Origin: Selaginella moellendorffii | Lineage: Eukaryota; Plantae; Lycopodiophyta | Reading direction: 5' to 3' | Assembly (NCBI RefSeq): GCF_000143415.4 | Contig: NW_003314296.1 | Span: 1,277,858-1,341,857, forward strand | DNA length: 64,000 bases | In this document: positions 26,200 through 37,868 of the stretch, in pieces | How positions within the stretch are numbered: position 1 is the first letter of the stretch | How the letters are laid out: every line of letters starts with the position of its first letter | Program-made: the position numbers and the translations under genes | Notes under the pieces: generated by a model | What the model saw: the letters and a program-made list of their open reading frames with translations, nothing else | What the model was told of the DNA's origin: nothing | The model's database searches: none

Positions 26200-27628
26200 A
26201 GCTATGACAAAGAGCACTCGCAGAGAATTCCAATCACTAAACCCTATAAGATTTTCAAACGATAAAGAAATTATACCTTTCCATTGAGGCCGAAATGGAC
26301 AGCAAATATGTAAGCGATTGGTACACCAACAATGTAGCAAGCTCTTGCAACACCTAAAGTTCTCATGGTCGATCCATAAAAATCATAGAAAGAATCACGA
26401 AAGAATCAACATCGTCAGGAGTCCAAAGTTCTTGGAGGATTGATATGAACTTACCCGAAATGGATCCTTGGATATCATCCATGAAGGGCATCAGAGGTGT
26501 GGTACAACTTCTACTATAAGCTTTGGCGACTTCTTTGCGAGCCAAAAACAAGATCGTCACCATTATCGTAGCCTTGACGAGCACGAGACCAAGCGTGACA
26601 ACGAATGAAAACTGCACAAACATTGGAAACATGGCCAGCTCCAAGCTCGTTGGAAATTCGTGTACTATGAAAAAATACTTGAAAACTCTGATCAATAAGA
26701 ATGTAAGGAGAAACTGGCTGATATTCCAATACCACGTCAATCATAGAGTGTTATATCTTCTTAGATCAAGGTTCCTTCATATCTTCATATATCAAAGGAG
26801 TTTAACCTTCCGACTAAACTTCATTCTTACATGATCGAATAGACCGATGCCTCGAGTTGGGGATTTGGCAGAAGTCCTGAAAAGAACTACCGTCTCAAAG
26901 CCCACCATTCCACACTAAACAAACAAATCAAAAAGTAAAAAAATGTGATAAAGAAGGTACAAGACATAATTTACCAGACATGATCGCTGAAGCAACTGCC
27001 AACTTTAAGAAAACTTCGATGTCTCGAAACATTTCGGTGGAAAATCCGGGCCAACATTGCTGGCAGCGAGGGATGAAAGCCACCAAGAGCACAAACAATC
27101 CAGCGTTTATCCAGTAGGAAATGCTGAGTCCAATTCCCAGCTTGTGGATCATGATCCAGCAGAGCAGCATTGGAACCACGAAGCTATGGATCTGGAGAAA
27201 TCTCATGAGTGGCTGGATCAAAGCATAGGATAGCAATCCCGGGATCAAATAGCGGGCGTAGGTCCCGGCCTTGAGGGTTCCACATTGTTGAACAAAAGAG
27301 CAAATGGTAGCGAGATCAAGAAGAATTCCCAGCGTGTGGTATTGCTTGGTTCCATAGGCTTGGCCGCAAAGAGTTTCCAGAGCGCTAGCCAGTTCCAGCT
27401 GCAAAACAATCAAACAGAGAAGAAGACCAATGCAAGCTCGCAAACTTTGAAGAACAGTGATAAACTTGGCTAAAGAACAAGAGGAAGAACTCACTACGAA
27501 TTTATAGAGAAGATACTGAATCCCGAGATGGTGCAAAAGGAAGTGGCGATGGAATTGACGCCCATCATCGGCAGCACGAGCCAGAGCTGGCGCCCAATCT
27601 CCGCTCGAGCCCGATTGAAGGCGACCAT
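26200..27628 (-). pseudogene. Tandem MATE/DTX transporter pseudogene
   Basis: Near-copy of the adjacent gene (ARAEIGRQLWLVLPMMGVN, LASALETLCGQAYG, YARYLIPGLLSYALIQPLMRFLQ, FMDDIQGSISG) carrying many short internal deletions and frame breaks. Confidence 0.85.
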
Positions 27629-27725
27629 CTTCTTCTTCTGTAAAACTCGCTCCTCTAATTCCTTCCAGATTTAGATCTTATTCTTGTGACGTGTCACATT
27701 TTACCGTACTCAAGTACGGCATGAT

Positions 27726-29774
27726 CTAAGATAGTAATGGTAAAGTTGCCGAGGTCTCGACTCTCTTGGTCGCGTTCTCGGCCTGGAAGAGGAAGTTTTA
27801 AAATCGATGTCGAACCAAAACTTCCAAGAGAGATTTAGATTTCTTACTTGTTTTTCCCAGTTTGTGAAGACACTAGAGATCAAAAGGAAGGTTATCGCTT
27901 GTGTGCCCGTTCCACAAAGTATTCCAATCACTAGTCCCTGTTCGATTTGGGAGGAACACAAAACTTCGACGATCAGGAGTAACAAAACACGATTATTCAC
28001 ACCTTTCCATTGAGGCCGAAATGGAACGCGAGACTGTAAGCGATTGGTACACCAACAATGTAGTAAGCTCCCAGATTTGCAGCAGCAGCAGTTGCTTGCC
28101 ATCCACAACCCCTCGCAACACCTAAAGTTCTCACGATCGATCATAAAATCCCATGAAAGTCATCTCCGAAGTTCTTGGAGCGATTATGAGCTTACCCGAG
28201 ATGGATCCTTGGATATCATCCATGAAGGAAATGAGGGCTATGATCGGTCCAAGCTTCGCCACATTGTTGATAACTTCTGGTTCGTTACTATAAACTCTTC
28301 CCAGAAAGTGGCGAGCCAAGAACAAGAGAATCGCCATTGTCGTAGCATCAAGGAGGGCGAGACCAAGTGTGACAAAGAAGGCAAACCGCGCATTGGAAAC
28401 TTGGCCAGCTCCAAGCTCATTGGAAATTCGCGTACTATGAAAGACCAAAACTTGATTTTTCAGTAAGAAAATGGATGAAATTTTACCTGGCCGCTATACC
28501 AATGCCATAAGGTATCATAAACGTGAAGCTTACAGTGTTCAAGCTGCAAGGACGGTTTTACCGTGATCAGTAAAATCAAAAATCAATCTACAATCTCATT
28601 TACATGATCGAATAAACCGAGGTTTGGAGCTGGGGATTTGGCAAAAGTCCTGAGAGGAGAAGCAGTAGCTCAAAAGCCCACCATTCCACACTGCCAAAAA
28701 AAAAAAAAGATAGTAAGAAATAGCACAAAAAACGAAAGAGAAAACCATAATTTACCAGACCATGATCGCGGAAGGGACCGCCAACCTCAGGAAAAGTTTG
28801 AAGTCTCGAAACGCTTCGGTGGAAAATCCGGGCCAGCATTTCTTGCAGCGAGGGATAAAAGCCACCAAGAGCATAAAAAATCCAGCGTTTAGCCAGAAGC
28901 AAATGCTGAGCGAGATCGCGGCTCCATGAGCTCCAATTCCCAGCTTATGGATCATGATCCAGCAGAGTAGTATGTGAACTAGCAAGCTCACGACAGAGCA
29001 AAACAGCATTGGAACCACGCAACTCTGGGTCTGGAGAAATCTCATGAGTGGCTGGATCAAAGCGTAAGATAGCAGCCCTGGGATCAAGTAGCGCGCGTAG
29101 ATCCCGGCCTTGAGAGAAATATCTGGAGCCTGGCCGAAGAAGAGGAGGACTGGCTCCATGTTGTAGAACAAGAGAGCTAATGGTATCGAGATCATGATAA
29201 GGATACAAATTGCTCTTTGGAGGAGAATTCCCAGCGTGTGGTATTGCTTGGCTCCATAGGCTTGGCCGCAAAGAGTTTCCAGAGCGCTCGCCAGTCCCAG
29301 CTATTTCAATAGGAAAATCCAAGATGGATTAGAATCCGTGCAAGCAATCACCCATCATATCCAGAGAAGACTCAAGCAAAGTTCTAGAGATAAAATCCAG
29401 CACTGAAAGCTTTGCATGATGAGGAGATAAGAAAATGGGGGACTAACTATTGGAAGATCAATCATTGAGTCATTTATACCTAGGAGAAGAGAAATGGGTT
29501 TGTTTACCAGGATGCTGAAGCCCGTGACATTGCAAAAGGAGCTGGCGATGGAGGCGCCGGACAGATCGAGCTCTCCCAGGTGACCCACGAACATCACCGA
29601 GACGAGCTGGATGGAATACTGGAGGAGATTGACGCCCATCATCGGCAGCGCGAGCCAGAGCTGGCGCCCAATCTCCGCTCGCACCCGATTAGCAAGGCGG
29701 CCATGAGTGGCATCTTCTTCTTCTTGTTCTAAGTCAAGCTCTTTTCTCTGGCTCATGCTGCTCAGTGCCGCCAT
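27726..29774 (-). CDS. MATE (DTX) family efflux transporter, multi-exon
   Basis: Motifs VSVMFVGHLGELDLSGASIASSF, GLASALETLCGQAYGAKQY, FLRLAVPSAIMV, EWWAFELLLLLSGLLPNPQLQTSV, STRISNELGAGQ, GLVIGILCG, TNWEKQ. GT-AG introns; last exon AENATKRVETSATLPLLS*. Confidence 0.93.
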
Positions 29775-30010
29775 GCCCAAGCCTGATCCTTTAATTCAAT
29801 CTGTCGACGTCTCTTTCTTTATTGAATGTTTTGTTTGTACGGATTCAAAGTAGAAGAAGCAAGAATGTTGACAAGATCTTGCATTTTTTATTTTTGACGT
29901 GAAATCTTAATTTTATGCCATCTTATCTCGAGCTTGGCGGAGAAAGTGGAGCTTGGGACAAAAGAGTCCTATAGCAGCTATAGAAAAACCCTCCCTCACC
30001 TGTTCACACC

Positions 30011-30110
30011 NNNNNNNNNNNNNNNNNNNNNNNNNNNNNNNNNNNNNNNNNNNNNNNNNNNNNNNNNNNNNNNNNNNNNNNNNNNNNNNNNNNNNNNNNN
30101 NNNNNNNNNN
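30011..30110. other. Assembly gap (100 N)
   Basis: Run of N. Confidence 1.
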
Positions 30111-33100
30111 GAACCATGGACACTCATAACTGCATAGAATAATTATGTGCATTCGTCTTTTTTCTTTTTAAATTTTATTCAATCAGGTCATCAAAAAATT
30201 TCATCTCATGGAAAATCAAACAACAATCTCAACCATAGGAATATTTTAAGAATATCCTATGGCTGTGGGATTTAGTTGGGTTCACTCTTTATTCACTTCA
30301 TTGGTATCGGAATAGTCTATTCTTTTGGGGATGGCAAATAAATGGGATATAAATTTTGATGAGGAGTATAGTGTTAGTGATGATGGCCATGATGATGAGG
30401 AAGAGATTTTTAATGATGTCGTTATGCAATAAGGTTGCCAAATTCTTAAGGTTCAAAGTGACATTAAAGAGGTTAAAGATTTTATCAATTTCATTAAGAA
30501 TTTCCTACTTCGCATGAACCCTCAAAAATTGAACTAATCTTATGTCCATGATTATTATTGGTATATCAAATATGCCAAAGATTATAATGGAAATCATTAT
30601 TAGATGTTTGTAATAGCTAAAAGGTTGATTTTTGGTTGGAATTGTGAGAAAGTTGTTAATTTTACAATCTTTGTAAAGATAAAGTGAAGATTGATTTTTT
30701 GGTGATAAAGCTCATGAATTATGCTTTTTCGTGGTGGTTAAACTATATCAAAGTTAATCCTAAGCCAACTTCCTAAAGTGATTTGACAAACCATTTCATT
30801 TGTCAAGAAGTTTGAAGAGCTATTAAAGATCAAATAAGGGACTTTGTCTTTGGATGTGTATATCCATAAATTCCATGATCTTTGTTTTAGTTTCATGGGT
30901 ACCTATAATAAATTGTTAAAGGTGCAATGTTTCACCAAATAAGAATCTTTAGCAATGTTGACTAATGTTATCATTAAAGTTCAGATCTTTTCACCCAAAC
31001 TGTCAATCTACTTTAATTAACAGAATGGTCTACATAGTAGTCAACATGATGACCAACCCATCAATGCTTCATATTCAAAGAAAAAATAACTATTGCTTCA
31101 TAAGGGCTCAAAGAGTGGAGATGGCAATGAAACTAAAAAAAATTGTTTGGACTAGTGAGAGAAGGGGGCAATTATTTTTATTATCAATAAGCTAGACATC
31201 ATAGCAAGGATTGTCTTTTTGTGATCAATATTTTCCAATCTTTTCTAGAATACATCAAAACATGCTATTATTCATGATTGAGATGAGAAGTGTCAAATGG
31301 CGTTTTAGTGTTTGAAGCAATATTATATTTCTACTACTATGTTGAAGATTTTTTATCTTGAGAAGTCTTTTGTGGTCAAGACAAATGCAAGTGACAATGC
31401 TATTAGAGCCATCTTGCTTTAAGTTGGGCATCTTCTTGCATATATGAGGCACAAGTTTGATGCTACATAATGGAATTGGCCTACTTAAGACAAGGAGTTA
31501 TATGTTGTAATTGTTCTATGAAAGAATGACAACATTATTTATATAGATAGAACTTCTATATAAATTCAAACTATCAGTCTCTTTAGTATTTTAATTGTCA
31601 AAAGAATCTTCAAGGCCACCTTGTTTGTTGGCAAGAGTTCCTATAAGAAATGTCTATTAAAATCCAGTACAAATATGGAGGTGATAATAAGGTGGTTAAT
31701 GCATTATCCATGATGGTAAATTCTATCTTATTTATGAAGTGATCCAATGATTTCTTGGATGAGTTTATGCAGTTTGTTAACTTCAACTCCTTTATCATTG
31801 ATATTCATATGAAAGTTTTATTAAGGGTTTGAAGGGTGATAGATTTGTGTCATTTAATATACGAGATGGAATTCTGGAGAAGAAAGGATGCATGATGGTT
31901 CCTTATGTTGATAAATTCATCAAATGGATTTTGGTTGAATGTCATAATGTGCCAAGTATTGGGCATCTGGGGGTATTGAGAATATATATATTGGTGAAGA
32001 CATATTTTTTTTGGCATGGGATGAAATTAGATGTTAAAAATTACATATGTGGTTATTTAACCTACAAGATAGTCAAAGTTGATAATCAAAAGCTCGCTAA
32101 TCTCTATTATCCTTTATATGTACCTGAGAATAAATAGGATAACATTTCAATAAATTTTATCACTAGTTTACCAAGAGCTTTTAAGGAAATGATGCTATTA
32201 GGTTGTTATGGATTGTTTGACGAAGATTGTTCATTTTTTCCTAATGAAGATGACAATTAAAGCTTTTGAACTTGCTTAATTATTTGTAGACCAATTATTC
32301 AATCTCTATGGTTTGCTTGATAATATTGTGAGTGATCAAAATCCCAAGTTCATGTCCAAGTTTTGGCAAACAATTTTTGATAAGCTAGAGATTAAGTTGA
32401 GTATGAATAGTGGTAAGTATCCACAATTAGATAGGTAGATAAAGCACAAGTTAGAAGATATGCTAAAGTTGTGGGAAAACTTGACTCAACAAGGACTATG
32501 AGAGAAGTATTTGCCTTTGCTTCAATTTACTTACAATAGTGCTTATCAATTAGCTATTTGCATATTTCCATTTATGGCAATATATGGCTATGAGCCTAAG
32601 TTTCCCGTGAGGTTAAGTTTAGTTTTGGTTTGGGTGCCTCATACTTTTGATTTCCTATATGCAAGACAAACTTGAGTTGGCAAAGTTAAATATGAGACAA
32701 ACTCAAGATTAAAACAAAACATTGATTGATGAGTATTGTCATTATCAAAAATACAAAGTTGGTGACTAATTTTTTTTTTAAGCTATCAAATGCACAATGG
32801 CCTTTGAGAGATGGCAGTGCTAAGTTGTCTATACAGTATTGTGGGCTATGAACAATTTTACAATGTGTGGGGGATATTGTTTACACTTTGGACTTGCCAG
32901 GTAATTTAAAGATTCATCCAACATTCCATGTGAGCAAGCTTAAAGTGTGTTTGCACTTTGGTGATATCATGGATTAATCCATCATCTAAGTCCCAAAGAT
33001 TTAAGGTTAGTTTGGCCAATATTTTTGCTCAAAGATTGATGAAAATATGCCATAAAACAAGTTGGGCTTTGTTAGTTTAGTGGAATGGTAATTCCATGGA

Positions 33101-33772
33101 CAAAGTTACATGGGAAATTGAAGATGATGTGAAAAAAGTGTTTTTAAGTTTTAATTATGACTTGGATGACATTTTTGAAGAAAGGGAAAATTGAGTTCTA
33201 TAATCATATTACTATATGATTTGTGTTGTTTATTCTATTTTCATTCTTTTTTTTTTCATGATTATATTGTTATGTGAGAAAGCTATATTGTTTTCTTTCT
33301 TTCTTGGCTATTTATTGCAACATTGGTATTGCTGTTTGCTCATCTTTTCTCAATGGCCGTATTGCCTTAAACTCTTTTCATATGAGGCTTGTTTAGTTTC
33401 TTGAGGCTGCTGTCCATGGCTGAGTTATGAGGGAGATAGTGCTCAAAGCTGCTCAAAGCTATCATGAAATAATGTAACTTGTTGGTTCAATAGCAAGCTA
33501 CCATGGAGGCAATTGGAGCAACTGGGAGATAGTGCTCAAAGCTACTCAAAATTCAAATTGCTTCATCAAGGTCACTACATTGGCTTGTGTGTTGAAAGAG
33601 TGACTTTATCTTTTGTTAGATATTTGAACTATAAAATCAAACTTCCTACCACCATTAAATCTGACACAAACCATAGGAATAATCCAAGAATATTCTATAA
33701 CCTGTGGGACTTAAGGCTGTAATGCCTTAAGAGTTAGGAGGTTAATTTAGGGTTCACTTCTTATTCATTTCA
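30111..33772 (+). mobile_element. Decayed chromodomain-type Ty3/Gypsy element with protease/RT deleted
   Basis: LTR end TTCA at 30300, then PBS TGGTATCGGA. Gag remnant, RNase H (TNASDNAI), integrase zinc finger (ECHNVPSIGHLG..FFWHGMKLDV), integrase core, chromodomain-like LLV*WNGNSMDKVTWE. PPT at about 33177-33190. The 3' LTR end (to 33772) matches 30230-30300. Confidence 0.85.
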
Positions 33773-33952
33773 ATCTAGAAAATTTGATTTTATAGTTCAA
33801 ATATCTAGCAAAAGATAAAGTCACTCTTTCAACACACAAACCAATGTAGTGACATTGATGAAGTAATTTAAGCTTTGAGCACTATCTCCCAATGGCTCCA
33901 ATTGCCTCCATGGTAGCTTGCTATTGAACCAACAAGTTATGTTATTTCATGA
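33462..33952. repeat. Inverted repeat with ~180-bp arms (33462-33648, 33776-33952)
   Basis: Arms are reverse complements with scattered mismatches and one indel of about 10 bp. Confidence 0.9.
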
Positions 33953-34758
33953 GCGAAGATGGTAATGGAATGAGCTAACTTGATGACATTGCTTTGCCCT
34001 TCAATGTCCACTATCTGAGATAAAATCCATGGATATCCAAAAAGATTATATGTTAGGTCTATGTACTAATTATTTAGAGTTTTGTAATGCAAACTAATAT
34101 TGCCCTTGGTGGCACTGATGCTTGTCTCCATGCAAGCCAGGCAACAAACGTCACCTAAAGACTAGCTTCACCTTGATGTTCATCTTCTTGATTCTATCCA
34201 TCACTTGATCAACCATTTCTTATTTGTCCTTGCATGAACTTTTCTTTCCCTTTCCATCTGGCTTGACATATAGAACCAATAAATGGTGAATGTTGCTAGA
34301 TTAATGTGTAGCACCAGTATGTAGATCCCTCAATAGCATTTGAGGAGTGGTGATGAGGGCCTGTATTGAGTGACAAAAGTTTCATGAATGGGTAATCAAC
34401 TTGTCACAAACTAGTTCTTTGGATAAAAATACCTGTGAATATAAATGTTTCCACCACTTAAACCACCTGAAGGTTTTATGGACACGTATGTTAAATGCGA
34501 TATGCCAAATCTAAAATCTTAGTTGATTCCATCCAAGAGAATATAATCTCTATGAATTATTAGAGGATCCTATCATATTCAGTCAGTAAAAGAACAAAAA
34601 GACTAAAGTAACTTCATCCAAGCCTTTTGCAGCAGTTATAGCAATTGCTAATCACTGGTAACAATTTAAAATCTGAATAGAGTATTTGCAATGGAATGAT
34701 AAAAAGCAAAAAATGATAATAGATATAAATAATAATACCAAGAAGTCTTTTGTGTGGT

Positions 34759-34982
34759 GAAAAGTAATTTTAAAGAGAGATTAGGGAGTTCTTAAATTTG
34801 AAATTTATATGATAAAAGATGAATATAATCTTTAATTGATTTCATTTATAGTGTATATTTTATAAAATTTAGAAAAGTAATTTTAAAGAGAGATTAGGGA
34901 GTTCTTAAATTTAAAATTTATAAAATAAAGATGAATATAATATTTAAGTGATTTCATTTATAGTGTATATTTATAAAATTTA
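34759..34982 (+). repeat. Tandem duplication of a ~113-bp unit within a very AT-rich tract (~34700-36100)
   Basis: GAAAAGTAATTTTAAAGAGAGATTAGGGAGTTCTTAAATTT starts at both 34759 and 34872. Confidence 0.9.
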
Positions 34983-36224
34983 GACTATTGAAAAAATTAA
35001 ATTAAATTTTTTTTATTGGTATTTGTCAACTATGAGCTACTAAGATGTGGTGTAGATCTTCTATAGCTTTTCCATTGTTAATAATTAATGATGCATATAT
35101 GAGTTTAGATTAGATATTTTTAAATGAAAGGAAATAAAAATAAATTAGTTTTATCAAAATTTGTTCATCATAATATTAAAAGAATATCTTGATGATGTTG
35201 TTATACTATTACTAAGTTTTAGATTTATTAAAATTCAATAAAAAAAGTATTTATTATAAAAAATTATATAGTTATCTTATTTAACATTTTTAAAATTAAA
35301 TTTATTATTTATTAAATTTTTTACTCATATATAGTGCTTTTTTATAGAAGATATAACAGTGATTTTATCTTTAAGTGATTTCTTTTAGTTGTAAAATTTA
35401 TATTATTAAGTTAATTTAATTTAATTTATTCTTCCATATATTTCAAGTAAGAGTTATAGAGTTATGGTTAGAATCATTTGCAGTTTTTCTGTTTTTTCTA
35501 TCACACATTCAATATGTTATTATAATACTAAAATTATATCTTGATGATATTTCTATATTATTGGTAAGTTCTAGATTTATAAAATATAATCATTAGTGAT
35601 AAATAACAAATTTTGTGATTATAGTTCTTAGAATATTATATAGATAACTTATTACCAATTTAAATCATAAATCATTCATTTATTTATAATGTAAAAAATC
35701 TTAAGTTTTAATTTGAAAATTATAAAATAAAATGAGGATAATATTTAAATGATTCTTTTAGATATAAGTTATTAAATTTAAACAACTTTGGGTGGTAGTG
35801 GATATAACTAAAATATGCTTGAATATTCTATTATCTAATTATTTAGATTCATCTTGTATTTATAAATTTTAAACATATTTATATTTCTGAAATACTTTTT
35901 ATTATATTATTATTTATTCTATCATCAAATGATTGATATGTAATAAGATGAATCTTGATTTAAAAATTATAAACATGTTTATATTTATTTATCTATTGGA
36001 TTATTCAATAGTAGTAAATATTAAATAAAATAGTAATAAACTGGCAATGCACAACAAATAATTTTAATATATGTTATCAATCTCCATCAGATGGGATAAC
36101 TGTCAAAGGGTTATTTTTTTAACCACGTCTTAATGAATAATTGCGTTGATGTTTACACTTAGCCAATGGGAGGTTGGAAGGCATTCTAACATGTGTCACA
36201 CATTCTAGGTCATTAACGATCCTA

Positions 36225-36680
36225 AATGGAGAGTGGTGATTCATGCTACACCTTCTTCTCTAGGGTTCTGCGCTTGTAAAAGCAAACACCAGGTTATTGC
36301 TTTACAGCTCCCCAATCTCTTTAAGTGCTCTCTCACAGGATTCCAGGGCATTTTCCACAAGTGTGCATGGGGGTGTTCAGATCAACATAAGTGCAAGGAA
36401 CTTCTTGAGATTCCAATTCTCATCCAGAATGGTAAGTTTATTTGGGAGTCTTTCATCATCATTGACTACATTGACAGGTTCTCACATCCATGCACAAAGG
36501 CTGTAGCTCACTTCTGGGCAGACTTGGTTGACAAAAAAGTAATAGAGTCCATTCTTCCAAAACCAGCTTATAGATTATTTGGGGTTTCCTAGACAACAGC
36601 ACAGTGACAAAGAAACATGCCATAATGCTAGATTGGGTGCTGATTTCGACTGTCCTTGACTCTCCTTTAGATCCCATTAA
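36225..36680 (+). pseudogene. Glutathione S-transferase (tau-like) remnant
   Basis: IPILIQNGKFIWESFIIIDYID..P..KAVAHFWADLVDKK matches the GSTU pattern IPVLIHNGKPICES..IVEYIDE..RA.ARFWADF.DKK. Rest is truncated or frameshifted. Confidence 0.8.
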
Positions 36681-37166
36681 AGTGGAATATGCTTGATCCT
36701 ATTCCAAAATCTAATTAGGTAGTTTGCTAATCAGGCAGTTTTGCTAACTAGGTCTAGGCAATTGCTAGTATAACACTAAAAGAATCTTGATGATATTGTT
36801 GGTATGAATTTATAAAATAAAAAATTATTATTTAAACAATGAATGCACAATATTTATTGATGATCCGACTACTTAATCTTAATAGAAAATTGCATGTTTA
36901 AATTATCTTTACGTGTAAATTCACATTTGCAATTTAGAACTTATACTCATTCATACATAGTTTTAAAAGGAAATATCTATTATCTAGGTCACCTAAACAC
37001 TTGCTTTATGTCATAATAGAAAGAGTTTACGTGTTCCAAGAGAAAACACGTTCACATGTCGTAATAGAACACTCTTAAATCAACTATTAAAGGACTGTCA
37101 TGAAACATGAGGTTTTGTGTTCTTTTCATCCATAATCTACTGGGAGCAGGGCATAGCATTGCTATA

Positions 37167-37624
37167 ATGGATCATAGAGTGATCATTGCACTTGTGTTTC
37201 TTAAGCTTTTGTGCTTTGGCGTGGTTTATAGCGCTGATTGCTATGGGGGTTCCATGCCAAACGGGCTTACAGTATCTAATTACCAAGGAGCTGCCAATCT
37301 TTTTTGTGGGGCTGATATAGCCAACAATGGGAAAACATACAGCTTTGGGTTTGACTCATCTGGAAGGAGAAAAAGTGTTACCCTGACTTTCAGAGGGAAT
37401 GCCAAAGCAAAATATTGCACGGTAATGGATGCAAGGTTTGAACAATGGTGAAGTTTACTAATTACTTGGTAATTCTGAATGTTTAGACTGCGTATAACAA
37501 TATCATCAGCCAATGCATGCAAGCCACATGTGGGCGGAATGCCTGTCCACAAAAGGCAGGTAAATGGGATTGGTCGTTAAATGGCGAAGAAGCCCACTAC
37601 ACTATTGATGGCACTGTTGCTTGA
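37167..37624 (+). CDS. Small secreted cysteine-rich protein (130 aa, 2 exons: 37167-37421, 37487-37624)
   Basis: Signal peptide MDHRVIIALVFLKLLCFGVVYSA. A 65-nt GT-AG intron restores an open frame. Six Cys in the mature part. Confidence 0.8.
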
Positions 37625-37868
37625 TCTGTCAAATCTAAAATAAAAAATAATATAAAATGATATAATAAGGAATCAACAAGAAAAATGTGCACCTTTTGAA
37701 TCATAAAATAAATATTTCCAGTTGTGATAGATTATGACATGAAAAGATCACGGCATTGGCAGGACAATTTCTAGTTTATGTCCCCATATGCAAATATATA
37801 ACAGCGTATTTCATGCTGTACATGGCATCAGATATCTCATCCATGAACAAAAATCGATCAAAAATCGA

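Noticed and set aside
25841-26200. 3' LTR of the Copia element
   Set aside because: TG follows the PPT, but I could not match it to sequence upstream of the PBS or find a TSD, so the boundaries are left uncalled.
34700-36100. Helitron call for the AT-rich tract with internal sub-repeats
   Set aside because: No clear 5' TC and 3' hairpin-CTRR termini identified.
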